Of a stretch of DNA of 64,000 nucleotides, positions 27,019 to 40,960 are shown in pieces (the first letter of the stretch is position 1; each line of letters opens with the position of its first letter). The translations under genes were made by a program, and so were the position numbers. Source of the stretch: Octopus vulgaris (lineage: Eukaryota); the NCBI GenBank assembly GCA_951406725.2, contig OX597819.1, positions 103,292,001 through 103,356,000 of the forward strand, written 5' to 3'. The notes beneath the pieces were generated by a model, which was not told where the DNA came from, ran no database searches, and was given only the letters and a program-made list of their open reading frames with translations.

Positions 27019-27665
27019 TCACACACATAGACACAATCAAGCTAAACTCTCAGATCTCTTATAACTCATCATGCAGCTACAAAGGTATCAGCCAGTCAAT
27101 TAGGCACTTGCATATCAACAATTGTTATTAAATAAAATCACATTTTTATACAGACAACACCATAGTAGATTAAAACTAACTTATACACACACACACAGCA
27201 ATACATATATACATACATGCATACATACATACATATATACATACATACATACATACATATATACATACATACATACATACATGCATTCATACATACATGC
27301 ATGTGTGTATATGGGGGTTAGTAGGTAAGAATTTTTGTTCTTATGTATATATGCACATATAAGTATGTATATATAAGCATATATCTATAAAAATGGTTGA
27401 TTGAAGATAAATGCTGAACTAAAATACAAGACAGCTAAATTACTTTGACACTGACTGTCTATACCGACACGCTCTCTCTCTCTTTCTTCCTCTCACTCTC
27501 TCTTTCTCTCTCTCTCTCTCTTTGTATATATATGTCTGTGTGTGTTTGTATGTGTGCGTGTATGTGTGCGTGTTATGTACACATTTATCCATGTATGCAT
27601 GTTTTCACTTCACACTATAGACACACACTCAGATATATGTATATACATATATATATATATATATG

Positions 27666-27713
<48 letters not shown>

Positions 27714-27817
27714 TATGTATATATATACATATATATGTATATATATACACACATATATATGTATATCTATGTGTGCTTGTGCGTCTGCGTCTATGTGTAT
27801 GCAAGTATGTACATGTG

Positions 27818-27880
<63 letters not shown>

Positions 27881-29969
27881 TAGTTATGTCCGTATGTGTC
27901 TGTGTGTCTATGATATTGTTTTTGTTGTTGCTACTGCTGTTAGTATTGCTTTTGTTGTCATTATTTGTATATGTCCGCATTTCATGTCTATTAATTTTGA
28001 CGCTGAAACAGTTTCTACTTAAATGGTGATGCCAACATTCAACGCAAATCAATAAAGTTTTTCTCTCCTTGATTGGGAAATCTTTCGTGAATTAAATTAG
28101 TTTATATTCAGTAGATTGCTTCCACATTGTCTTGGTCCTTCCTTCCTGTTCTCTATTTATTATTTTATTTTCTTAAGCAGTATATGATCAATATATAATC
28201 AATATATATAAATATAAAAATATATAGGCTAACTATCAAACCAAACGTTATGTAAAAATTTATATGGTGGTGAAGGTAACATGATTTGCTTCAAGATTAT
28301 CTCTGTATTCGAACTCGACCCCGCTATATAACAGATTGTATTTTTCTGGTATATTGTGTTGAAATATTTGTAAAAATGAAAAATGTACAAATGTCGAATA
28401 TATAAAAATTTAGTGGAAACGCATGATATCCACTTTTGTAACTATAATTTTCTTAATCATTTGATATCTGCGTTATTAGAGAAACGATCATCATCATCGC
28501 CGTCATCATCAATGATGTCGTCGTCTTCGTCACCGTTATCGTCCTCCTCCTCTTCGTCCTCTCTGATTGAAGTCCTCTTGGTAATCGTGTCACCACAACA
28601 ACATAGCCTCTAAGATTTCGCTCATTTGCTGTGAACTGTCGCCCAATTCTTCCTCAAATGTGCACAGCCATGTCTACGGAATTAAAAAGTTTACTTCGTA
28701 AGTGAATAGGTCAGGGTTCGATCGTTGTCTGCAGTACCTTGTGTAATTGCCTTTTACCACAGTCATTGGTTGCCTATTAACTTTTTGGGGGACATTTATA
28801 AACAGAAACCTCCTCACAATGCAGCCCATTTATGATAAATGTACTTGATGAAAAGAAGCTGTCACTGTTTAAAGAAAAAAATGAAAAAAAAATGGGAGAA
28901 AACCCCTCAAAATAGCAACAGAATATTGACTAAAATGTACTTAATTGATATATTTTTTCTTTTTAAATATGTTGGATGAATATATTACAAGAAATATTTC
29001 TTGGAAATTTTGTGTTGAATATTGACTGTTTTAGAGGCTTCGGGAGAGGAAGAAGATACGCCCTTTAACTATTCTTAAGGCCATCGAAACTGGTGAAAAA
29101 AAAGCCTAGAGATTGTTTTTGAATGTTTACGATAAAAATGACACAGCTAAAAGCGCAGAAGGAGCGGTTGTGGCAGTTAAACAATGTGATGGATTAAATC
29201 TACATTGAAGGCCAGGGAACATCCTTACGAATTGCTCCTGCATAGTTTTCCTCTAAGAAATTTCAGTCCTAGGCTTTGACTGGCACACAACTATAGATGA
29301 AATCTCTTGGCTTAGCCGTCAATAGTTACTGAAACCACATCATATATTTGGCTGCATAGAGCTGACTAACTTAGCGTAATTGTAAACACAAAAGCTGATT
29401 TTAACGGCCCGATCGATGCTCTCTTACTTCTGGATATAACTCATTTCAAGTATAAAGAAATGTAATTACTCAAGAGTTTGTTTGGTTTCCTTAATATCTC
29501 TGCCAGCGAATGTCTGTAACCATTATTGTACTTAAACTATTTAACTACTCGTTAATAACATTCTATAAAGAGATCTGTTTAGATCAGTTATAAACCGAAA
29601 AGTTACGACAGCCGGCTTTGTGCTGCATTTAATCTAATATGTTTTAAAGAAGACACTATGTTGACTACCGCATCTATTATAGAATAACATTTGCTTTCAT
29701 GAACTGCGCACAAATGAACTAATTATTGGGTGTCGAAGGTGATATGGAATATTTATATATCTACATTCTTTGTTGGTTGAGACAGTTGAACTTCTCAATT
29801 GTAATAATAATGTCTTCATATTCTAGCAATAAATCATTCTCGTTTTTAGTCTCCCAGACACAGCAACAGATGAGAGGAATTAACAGACGTTATTGTCAGG
29901 AATTTGGCAAACACATATTCACTAACATAGTTTTCGGTGACGCCACTATGTCAATAATAATAATAATGA

Positions 29970-30265
29970 TGGTTTCCAATTTTGGCACAAGGCCAGCAAG
30001 TTCGGGGGCAAAAGCTAAATCAATTATATAGATCTCAGTCCTCAACTCAGGAAGGATGAAAGACAATGTTGCACTCGGCAGAATTTGAACTCAGAACGTA
30101 AAAACGGGTGAAATGCTGCTAAGCATTTTGTCCAGCGTGCTGACCAGCTTGCCAAAGCGCCACCTTTCAAATTTTTGGTAAAAGGCTAGTATTTCTGGGT
30201 GAGGGTGCAATTCGGTTACAGCGACTCCAGTACTCAACTGGTACTTATTTAATCGACCCCGAAAC
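29970..30265 (-). mobile_element. SINE family B, one deleted copy plus a 3' fragment
   Basis: GGCAGAATTTGAACTCAGAACGTAA and CTGGTACTTATTTAATCGACCCCGAAA. Confidence 0.8.
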
Positions 30266-30590
30266 TTTCATTTTATATTTCAAATAATATTGCAACATTG
30301 AATATTTCAAAAGATAAGCAGGGTCGGTTTAGCATTTAACGCTCGGAGAAGCGCAATTCAAAGTATTGGAAATTGGAGCCTTTCAATTATAGTATACGGA
30401 GTCTTGTAATTTACCGCCTCTGGTGAATCAATAGAGATTTTATTGCCCCTTCGCTAAAAGTAGAGCCCTATACTAGATAGATAAATGCAACTTATCATAA
30501 GTAAACACAAATATATAATTCAGGATGAAACCACGTGAATGAATAGATCGAGTGGCCAGCATAAAATAAAACCTTATAGGTAATTCATAA

Positions 30591-30853
30591 TCTAAATTTA
30601 TAATTATATGCATAATTATATAATGTTATTAAAGGAATCAGGAACGATCATTCTCCATCATGCTGAAAGTAGACGCCAAGGGCGCTAAAAGCCACTGTAT
30701 AGATCTCACAAAACATGGGTTGTAAGCGTGTTTTGTAGGAGTTATAAGTGGATTTTTAGCGTCTTTGGTATCTACTTTCAGCTTGATAGAGAATGTTCTT
30801 TCCTGATCCTTTTAATATAATTATGTAATTACATATATAATTATTAATTTAGA
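30591..30853. repeat. 263-bp imperfect palindrome (fold-back/MITE-like)
   Basis: Arms of about 125 bp are reverse complements (e.g. GCTGAAAGTAGA / TCTACTTTCAGC; ATCAGGAA / TTCCTGAT); loop about 10 nt near 30720. Confidence 0.85.
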
Positions 30854-30982
30854 ACATACAAATACACACACACACACACATACACACACACATATATATA
30901 TATATGTATGTATGTGTGTGTGTGTGTGTATGTATGCATATATATACATATATATATGTATATATATATATTTATGTATGTA

Positions 30983-31228
30983 TCGTGATCACATAATTGA
31001 CCAGACTATTGGTCACGATGGGTTTTGCATCGGTCTTACATCCCACTGGCCAGAGGAACAGGCCAACATTCCGCCTTATCGGAAGTTTACTCCGATGCAG
31101 GGTTAACCATTTACAACTGAGTAGACTGCAACAACGTGAAGTGCAGCGTTTTGTTCAAGAACACAAAATGGTTGCTCAGTACGTCCCAGAAACAGATCCT
31201 CCATCTAACGATGGTTATATGCCTTCAC
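30983..31228 (-). mobile_element. degenerate SINE with family C-like tail and family D-like head
   Basis: GACCAGACTAT..GGTCACGATG..CAGGCCAACA resembles 10985-11090; CTGAGTAGAC..TTGTTCAAGAACAC resembles 8198-8245. Confidence 0.5.
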
Positions 31229-31299
31229 CCCCTCACACATGATTCTTACGATTCTGCCAGCTCATCGCCTTGTTTTCCCTATATATATCAAACGTTTAT

Positions 31300-31800
31300 T
31301 CACCTTAATTTGTCAGCTATTTTGCACCTTAAGGAACTTGATACTGCACAAAACGTTAAAACGTTTCTTTTCAAATTTTTCAATGTTATGCGATGAGTTC
31401 TTGCGAGCACTGAATCTCAAAGTTTGTCTAAATAAGGCCAGTCTCTCTGCTTGAAAAGAATGAACACGCTATGGCAATCTTCTTATAATGTCTTTTGATT
31501 TTTCCAACTCATATAATACTTCATATAATAATTCATGTAATACTTCCTCGTCGGAACTAGAAGGCGTTCGGTCGAGAAGTTGAATTTGTGTTTATAAATA
31601 TAGGATCCAGGGATCGAGGTGTTGGTAAGTTGTTTATTGAGATGGAAGGTTGCGAATTTATTTCTTTTATCGCAGAACGATGGTCTGAAAATAAAGGTTC
31701 TTTTTATATTCCTACGTCGCACCTATGGTTGCAGAGTGTGCGAAAAAGAAAACACGAGTTACGGAATGGATTATGGGAAATCCGGACTACATATACTTCT
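31300..31800 (-). mobile_element. possible highly decayed Penelope GIY-YIG fragment
   Basis: Minus translation TLCNHRCDVGI*K..FSDHRSAIK resembles CxxxYVGxTxR..RFxEHRxxI; weak. Confidence 0.3.
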
Positions 31801-33265
31801 TAGCGAGTGGAACTTCAGAAGTGGTAAAATCCAAGTGAGGTGTATACCACTGGCTACTCTACAGGTCAAGAATATCTTGTTTAGATTAAAGGTTATAATC
31901 TCCCAAGGAAGTACATGTTCACACAAACATTCAAGCAGCCCCGATTTTCCATACTACATTCCGTCACTCTTGTATATATATATATATATATTTCAGCGGT
32001 AGGATTGACAATGAAGTTCAAATCGATAAATTTCATATTTTGTGAGGAGTTACAATTAATTATAGCAATAACTAAATTTCCAAAACAAACATGATTAGTG
32101 GAGTGATTACATAATTAATGTGAAGTATCTACTTGAATGCTAATACGGTGAAAGAAACATTAACCGGTAATCTAAATACATATGGGTGTTTGGCAGTTAG
32201 CCAGATCAAAAGTACATAAAGATTGCCGCCTATATATATATTATTTTATACACTCACCACACACACACGTATATATTTGTATGCATTCATGTATATCTGC
32301 ATATGTGTGTGTTTCAGTATATGTTTATAGAGTGTAAAGTCAAAACTAAGTTAAAAATAGCAAGATATGAGGGATGTATAAACAGACGTTATCGTTGCTG
32401 CTGTTTTAATTGTTTTTTCTACTTGTTTAACGAGAAAAACTTATATTTACGATTGAACTAGGAAGCATTTGTGTGGTCATTAACGTGCCTGAAAAAGCAT
32501 GCAAAACTCTTTAATATTACATTATACCTTTTCAGAAAGAAGGGCAGGCGTTAAATGTTATGCACACACATACATGCACACGCATGGTTGTATATACGCA
32601 CTTAAGCATGCATATATGCATTCGTGTGTGTGTGTGTGTATGCGTGTGTATGTATATATGTGTGTTGTGTGTGTATGTGTGTATGTGCTTTTATAATGTA
32701 AAATTAAAGCAAAGCTTCAAATAACAAATAGACAATTAAGAGAAATACTATTTTGTTTAAAGCTCTAGATCAATACATAAAATGTGTTGGGCATGGCTTG
32801 ACGGTTCGAGATTTCTTCATTCATCATAAAGAAACCAGGGAATGACAGAAGCATAGGAAGAGATAATTTGGGAGCGAAATTTTTTTTAAATTAGTAGATT
32901 AAAATATGTGCGTGTGCACTGGTATGATACACATACACACATATACATACAGATGGTAGTGACTCTCAGTGATTGTCACTAGTATGTCTGACAAATATTT
33001 GGCGCTGAATTCAAAATCATGATTAACTGCCATTCCATCTGCAAACTTTGCGGGCCTAAGATACAATTCCTATTCACTTAATTTTTCCTATCATGCCAGC
33101 ATTAATTTAGGGATTCTTCTGTGACTCCTATCTTTAGCAAAGCAGGTGCTCATTAGTACCCTCTTATATATAAATATATTCGATATTTTGTATAAATTTA
33201 TTAATTTTGCCTATACGGCTTTTAAGCTTGCGGCTACTCATGTTATTTTTATGAATAATAACTAT

Positions 33266-33308
<43 letters not shown>

Positions 33309-33310
<2 letters not shown>

Positions 33311-33829
33311 TCGTATTTCGAGCATTTAAGAACATACGCTTTCGATAAAACAGTTGCTCCCGCAAAGCAAACTAAATAAAATTTGAGATTTTGCGGACGG
33401 TCAAAATTGGTAACACAAAGAGAGCAATGACCACAAACAGGAAGGGCTGCTAAGCTTAAACGAGGTTGTGGTGGCGAACGCGTAAATCAAGTTTGGACTG
33501 GAGACAGACGAGAACACGTCTTCCTTGATCCAGCTTCAACGGAGAGAAAGAAAGAAACAGAAGTTAGGAGAAGAAAGATGGTCGATGGTCACGTGGGAGC
33601 TACGTGAGCAATTGCGGAAGAGTGAAGGAAAGAGAGTGACAGACAGAGAGTGACAGACTGTGAAGAGGAGATGAAATAATTGGAGATAGGATAAGTGAGA
33701 AAAAACAGGAGGGGGAGAAGGGGAGAAAGGAAGAGAGAAAAAATAAAGAGGAAAATAATAGTGCGCATCAGAATTATTAAAATAAAACTTACTTAGAAGA
33801 GAATGTGCCGCGTTCAGACATATAATAAT

Positions 33830-33835
<6 letters not shown>
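33309..33835 (-). mobile_element. probable Penelope 3' end / pLTR-derived element inserted in (TA)n
   Basis: (TA)n on both sides, pyrimidine-rich body on minus strand, hammerhead-like fold at 33485-33544. Confidence 0.45.
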
Positions 33836-33884
<49 letters not shown>

Positions 33885-33996
33885 ATGTATATATGTATGT
33901 ATGTGTGTATGCATGTATGTAGGTATGCATGTATTATATATGTATGTATATATACACACACACACACACACACACAATATATATATATATATATAT

Positions 33997-34076
<80 letters not shown>

Positions 34077-34490
34077 AAAGTTCAGTTAGATGACTGATAA
34101 GCCTCATTAAGGGATAGTAATATCCAATGAATTACTGGTTCATTACCAAGTATTTCTTGTGAATATTAATTATTATACTCATGAATAATAGGTGATGAGA
34201 TTAACCCAGTTTTATATTTAAGAAAAATAAGAGAATCGAGTACATTAATTAATAAAGATATTTACTAATCCTAAAAATATACAAAAATGTATTGTTGTAT
34301 ATAATATAACTATTATATAAGTATTATGAATACCGTATTTAGTTTAGTACAGTCTCGTCTGACGGAATGAATAATGTGGAATATTGAATATATTTCAAAA
34401 TAACAAATGAAATTAGCAACTAGTTTTATATACATTGAACAGTCAGTCAATCATATTTTTTTAATTACATCTTCAAGTGTTTTATCTCTT

Positions 34491-34840
34491 CGGTTCTGTC
34501 TGTCTGTGTGTGTGGCTTCTAGGATCTCGGGCATCCTCCATCCGATTGCGCTCAAATTTGATATGTTGATACCGACGGTATCAGGGCGTGTATAAGTTTT
34601 GAAAAAATTACAAAAATCGATTCCAGGTGAGAATGCGATCGAATAAGCCGTGGGAAATCGTCTTTCTTTGGAATAGAAAAAAAGTCTTTATTTATTTGTT
34701 CTTTTGCTAGTGTCCGGAATTTAGCTTGAATCAGGTTAAAGGGGAGGCTTTTGGGGCGGTCGGACAAGTTGTTTTGAGAAAATTTGGTTTAAATGTTTGA
34801 CAACTCAGCACCGTCTATTGGACGGGGCGCGTTTTGCTCG
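34491..34840 (+). mobile_element. non-autonomous Helitron/DINE-like element
   Basis: 5' (CTGT)n microsatellite, ATCCGATTGCGCTCAAATTTG core, subterminal hairpin CCGTC-TATTG-GACGG (34811-34825), terminus CTCG|T. Confidence 0.55.
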
Positions 34841-35424
34841 TATACTATCTTTTAATAAAATACATTCATTTCTTGTTTAAATATCGGCAATGAGTTACAC
34901 ATTTTATGAACACAAAAATATTTTAATATTGCTTGCAGACATACTCATTTCTCTATATTTTCTACAGCGCAAACGTTATCAATTTTAGGGCCACCTTATC
35001 TTAATTTTTTTTTAGGTTCGTTATACAAACTGCTTAATACATACGACTCTGTTACTACAATTGTTTCTCTATATCTGTTTCACTATCGTAATGAACTGTG
35101 ATGATATTGCATTAGTTCTAAATAAATACTTTCAATGTATATCATTGTATATATCTTCCTGCTTCTGTGATGTCAATGGCACGTTAATCTAATGTAATGT
35201 AATGATTAATAACCATTATATTACTGACTTCTTCGTACTTAAGATATCCAACTAGATTGAAATTGTAGTCACATGAAGGACGCCAAGATTAAGCAAAATT
35301 AAAACCCAAAGTTAAATCTCATCAATGCGTAATTCTGCTCTATAACCTACACACAGACACACAAATACACACACACGCAAACACACAAACACACACACAA
35401 ACACACGCACTCACTCACATATAT

Positions 35425-35777
35425 CGACATGGTTCCAGGTTCAGTCCCGCTGTGCGTTACCTTGGAGCGAGTGTCTTCCACTTTAGTTTCGTGCCGACCA
35501 AAGACTTGTGAGTCGATTTGGCAGACGAAGACTGGATGAAGTCTGTCGAATATGTGTGTCTTTGTGTTTGTGTCTGTCTCCCACTACTGCCAATTGACAA
35601 CCAGTGCTGGTGAGCTTACTCACCGTGACATAGCGGTTCAGCAAAGAGTCGGATACTATAACTAATAGGCTTAGCATAAAGATTAGTACAGAGGTTGATT
35701 CATTCGACTAAAATTTCTTCAAGGCGATGTCTCAGAATGGCCGCAGTCTAGTGACTGAGACAAGTAAAAGATAAGAG
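35425..35777 (+). mobile_element. SINE family A, diverged, 5' truncated
   Basis: CATGGTTCCAGGTTCAGTCCC ... GACTGAGACAAGTAAAAGATAAGAG. Confidence 0.85.
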
Positions 35778-35882
35778 GTTATATATATTTGTATACATGT
35801 ATGTATGTATGTATGTATGTATGTATGTATGTATGTATGTATGTATGTGTATATATATATATATGTATATATATATGTATGT

Positions 35883-35927
<45 letters not shown>

Positions 35928-36039
35928 CACATTATATATATATATATATATATACACATTATATATATATATATATACACATATGTGTGTTTTTGCGTTC
36001 TTGTCCTACTTTGTAATTTATATTTTATATTTAATTTCT

Positions 36040-36133
<94 letters not shown>

Positions 36134-36337
36134 TAATATCTATTTCCCAACATAAAGCGGCAGTCCTGATTAGGACAGTGTAACTTCCTATATTTTATCC
36201 CCAGGAAAAGATCTTTTCCAGCTGGCTATCGACGCACAACTGCGTCCTTATACCTACACACACATACACATATACATTAACATACGTATAATGTACATAT
36301 ATATATGTACATTATATATATATATATATATATGTGA

Positions 36338-36392
<55 letters not shown>

Positions 36393-37030
36393 CATGATTT
36401 TAACGTATATATTCTGTTCATCCATATATATTGTGCATTTGTTCGCATGTATATCATACATATATACGTATTTATGTGTTGATGTGTGCATTTATTAAAG
36501 TGTATACACACAACGAGAATCTAAAGAAGACGAAAACGATAAGGAGAGAGAAAGGCTGACAGTGTCAGATAGAAAGTGAGAGAAATCTGTATATACGCGT
36601 TTATACAGACGAAGTGTCACCTACTAAATAGTTATAGTTTTGTTACTCTATTATTTTTCTTAGATTATATTTTAACTCTATCGTTCTCATTTCTTGACCT
36701 CATTACCTCCTCCTTACACCTTTAACTCCTGTTTCTTTTTTCTTCTAAAACTTTGTCTGTTCTTCATCTTCAACGTCTGTCTTCCCCCTTTCCCTTTCTC
36801 CCCCCTCTCTCTCTCTCTCTCTCCTACATGAACATTTTCTTTCTTTATATTTCTCTCTCTCGTTCTCTCTTTCTCCCTATTGTTTCTCCCACCTCACTCA
36901 TTCTATAAGAATAAATATTTATTTTCCATTTTCCAAATAGCTGTCGTGAAAGGTTAAATGACAGATACGACAACGAATTTAAGGAGATTAAATAAGGTAC
37001 TTCTATACGTGTGTGTGTGTGTGTGTGTGA

Positions 37031-37077
<47 letters not shown>

Positions 37078-37078
<1 letters not shown>

Positions 37079-37368
37079 CTATCCTCTGGGAAGGAAAGTG
37101 AAGACTATCCTTCCCAGGAATAATTTTAACCCTCTCACAGGGTACAGCTAACAGCTAACTCTTTCTGGGTGCAGATACACGGTCTCACGGAATGTACGTA
37201 TGTCAAGCAGACGTACACACACATGCCTTTATATTATATATATATATATTTATATTTATATATATATATATATATATATGTGTGTAGTATAGGTCTATGT
37301 GTGTGTGTATATATATATATATATTAGGATACACACACATAGACCTATACTCACACACGTATATATAA

Positions 37369-37438
<70 letters not shown>

Positions 37439-37587
37439 GCATGTGTGTGTACGTCTACTTGACATACGTACATTCCGTGAGACCGTGTATCTGCACCCAG
37501 AAAGAGTTAGCTGTTAGCTGTACCCTGTGAGAGGGTTAAAATTATTCCTGGGAAGGATAGTCTTCACTTTCCTTCCCAGAGGATAGT
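37078..37587. repeat. 510-bp near-perfect palindrome
   Basis: 37078-37234 vs 37431-37587: 157-bp arms with one mismatch seen. Inner arms AGTATAGGTCTATGTGTGTGT / ACACACACATAGACCTATACT also pair. Confidence 0.95.
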
Positions 37588-37780
37588 CTTAACTATCCTT
37601 CCCAGAGGATAGTTTTAACTCTCCTTCCCAGTATTAAGATATGGACAAGTTTTTACAAAAGACCTACAATTGTTAATCCAGCAAGTCTACTCTACTCATG
37701 CAACTGAGCTTGTTTAAGGAAGACAATCCTCAATATAGGTTGGTACATATGTCTTCAAAAGGTATACACACGGAAATTAC

Positions 37781-37835
<55 letters not shown>

Positions 37836-37837
<2 letters not shown>

Positions 37838-38017
37838 GAAGTTTACGAAAAAAAACAACAAAAGACAAAGACAGGTGGTGTACAAAACAAACAGATGTAT
37901 TAGTATAACGCTCAGGAATAGAAAAAGTATTTTACGTTTCGAGCCTACGCTCTTCTACAGAAAGGTACACAGAAAAAACAAGGAGAGAAAAAAAATGTGT
38001 GTAGTGGCTAATGATCC
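37836..38017 (-). mobile_element. short Penelope-derived element with hammerhead-like motif (37930-37963)
   Basis: Reverse strand TTT-CTGTAGA-A-GAGC-GTAG-GCTC-GAAA-CG-TA-AAA, then TTCCTGAGCGTTATACTAATAC. Confidence 0.7.
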
Positions 38018-38153
38018 CTCTCTCTCTCTATATATATGTATATATATTACACACGCGTACACAAACACACGAACGCGCACGCAAACACATATATACATAC
38101 ATATGTGCATATATTAGTGACTAGATATTTCTGTTAATGTATATGTTTATATA

Positions 38154-38210
<57 letters not shown>

Positions 38211-38309
38211 GTATGTATATGTATATGTAGATATATGGTGTGATAATGCACACATATACGTAAATATATATACATATATATTTGTATGCATGTAGTTTGT
38301 GTGTATGTA

Positions 38310-38393
<84 letters not shown>

Positions 38394-38537
38394 GTACGTA
38401 CGTATGTGTGTACTTATGTATGTCGGTATGTATGTATGTATGTATGTATGTATGTATGTATGTATGTATGTATGTATGTATGTGTGTATGTACGCATGTA
38501 TACATATGAAATGGAAAATGTAATTGGTATTTTATGC

Positions 38538-38769
38538 AAGGCGGCGAGCTGGCAGAAACGTTAGCACGCCGGGCGAAATGCTTAGCGGTATTTCGTCTGC
38601 GTTACGTTGTGAGTTCAAATTCCGCCGAGGTCGACTTTGCCTTTCATACTTTCGGGGTCGATAAATTAAATACCAGTTACGCACTGATCTCGATGTAATC
38701 GTCTTAATCCGTTTGTCTGTCCTTGTTTGTCCCCTCTGTGTTTAGCCACTTGTGGGTAATAAAGAAATA
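38538..38769 (+). mobile_element. SINE family B, intact, with 12-bp target-site duplication
   Basis: Head GGCGGCGAGCTGGCAGAAACG, B box GAGTTCAAATTCC; exact TSD GGTATTTTATGC at 38526-38537 and 38770-38781. Confidence 0.95.
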
Positions 38770-39656
38770 GGTATTTTATGCCTTAATGTTTGAGTAAAAT
38801 GAAAAATTATTAGTTAAGGTAATTATCAAGATGTTTTGGCATATTGGCACGCTTCCTCGGTTTTCCTTGTGGAAAATACAAACAGGGTGGGATGATTGCC
38901 CTAAAATTTATTCGAGCGATGAAAATGATATTGAACATCCTTGGCTTTTTAGAACTGAAGTTGACAGAGCGTGAAAAAAGTAGATGGTGCTTAAAGAATA
39001 TAGACAAAAGCTCGATACAAGGCCGGACGGTAAGTATACGTCCCTAGTATTCCTAGAAGCCGTTGCATATACTGATCAATATTCACGACACATATGCACC
39101 GGAAAATCCATATGGAAAAGCGATAACTTTCTGGCGACGCGAGTTCAATGATGACAATAATTAGAATTATAAAAGTAGTAATAGCAGTAAACTTATCTCC
39201 TTATTTTTATTGGGTAGGAGTCTATTGCTGGTTTATCTAATACTACTTTGCACATTGTTCCTGGTATTATTGTTGTTACGTGGCTCGAATCTTGCACGAT
39301 ACTTTAACTGGAGGTTTGATGGCATTCGTTTAACTATGCTACGTATAAGATACGAGCATAAGCAATTGCGGAATAGTACACGGCATGCTATGCAAGTCTG
39401 TACTATCTGAGCACGAAACTTATAGTTGCCTACGTTTAAACTTTCTGTTTGTAAATTAATACGTATCTCTCGCCGTTTTAGTACATTTAGTTGATCCTAC
39501 GAATAACGGAACAGTACACTATGTATATACACATACGTAGAGATAGACAGACAGTCAGATGGACAAATAGATAGAACGAGTCCACCCTGGTACTTTTTTT
39601 TAAAACCTGGTATTCATTCTGTCGAACCGCTCAGTTATGCTGATGGAAACAACAAC

Positions 39657-39846
<190 letters not shown>

Positions 39847-40484
39847 GAAATCATTATATGCACCACAAACCGTGTTGCAATATAATATCCACCTGTGTAA
39901 CATACTATAAATGCATCGTGGAAAGCAAATCTGCGTATTCATCCGGAGATCATATGGACATGCTGCATTTAATAACAATATTTACTGGAGGCAGGTGAAA
40001 ATCGTCCTAGCAGCGGCTAGGGAGGATGCTAAACTCTGCGTCGTTGAGCGTTGTCAGTTTCATGTACACACAGTGAATATCGTATATCCATCTGTCTCTC
40101 TGCTTTTCTCTCTCTCTCCATATACATAAATATACGTAGCATATGGTATGATTTATAAACAGGGCAAATTTTAGCCATTTCCCCCCAGATTGAAAAAAAA
40201 TTATGAACAAACTTAATCGATTTTCGAACCTATTGGGTTCTGATCAGAGGAGTTCACATCATTTTGACCATCTCCAGAGAAACAATAAGCCAAGCTGTTT
40301 ATATACTGAACAAATGCAACAGTTATTTTATGAAGAAGTCCCTAGTTTGCATACCGAAAGTGTTTAACACTGCAAATACCAGCGGCCTGTCAACGGGAAT
40401 ATTAGTCCACACAGTATCAAGGTATGACATATATACATACATGTGTGTGTGTGTGTGTCTATGCGTGTGAATAAATACATATTT

Positions 40485-40729
40485 TAATTGTTTCGGTTAT
40501 TAGAATGAAGCCATGCTGGTGCACCGCCTTCAAGAATTTTAGTCGAACGAATCGACCCTGGTACTTTTTTTAAAACCTGGTATTCATTCTCTCGAACCAC
40601 TCAGTTATGATGACGGAAGCACTACAACACCGGTTATATAGCGGTGGTGTGGAGCAAACTTACGCACCCACAAAAACACACGCACAAATGCACACACACA
40701 TATATATATATATACATATATATATATAC

Positions 40730-40786
<57 letters not shown>

Positions 40787-40960
40787 TATTATATGGGTTT
40801 CTTTCAGTTTCCGTCTACCAAATTCACGCACAAGGCTTTGTGTGCCTTAGGCTATATATTGCAGAAGACACTTGCCCTGCCCAAAGTGCTACACCGTGAG
40901 ATTGAATCTGGAGTCAAGTGGCTGGAAAACAATCTTCTTACCACACTCCCACTTCTGCGC
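40485..40960 (-). mobile_element. SINE family A, diverged
   Basis: CCATGCTGGTGCACCGCCTT ... CTTTCAGTTTCCGTCTACCAAAT ... GAAGACACTTGCCC. Confidence 0.85.

Noticed and set aside
29040-29300. Tigger/CENP-B HTH-like ILKAIETGEKK
   Set aside because: Single short peptide, immediate stop, no TIR or DDE motifs found.
38844-39047. Candidate exon ending at ACG|GTAAGT
   Set aside because: No good acceptor or recognisable protein; another frame loosely resembles a decayed LINE EVxRA..PDG segment.
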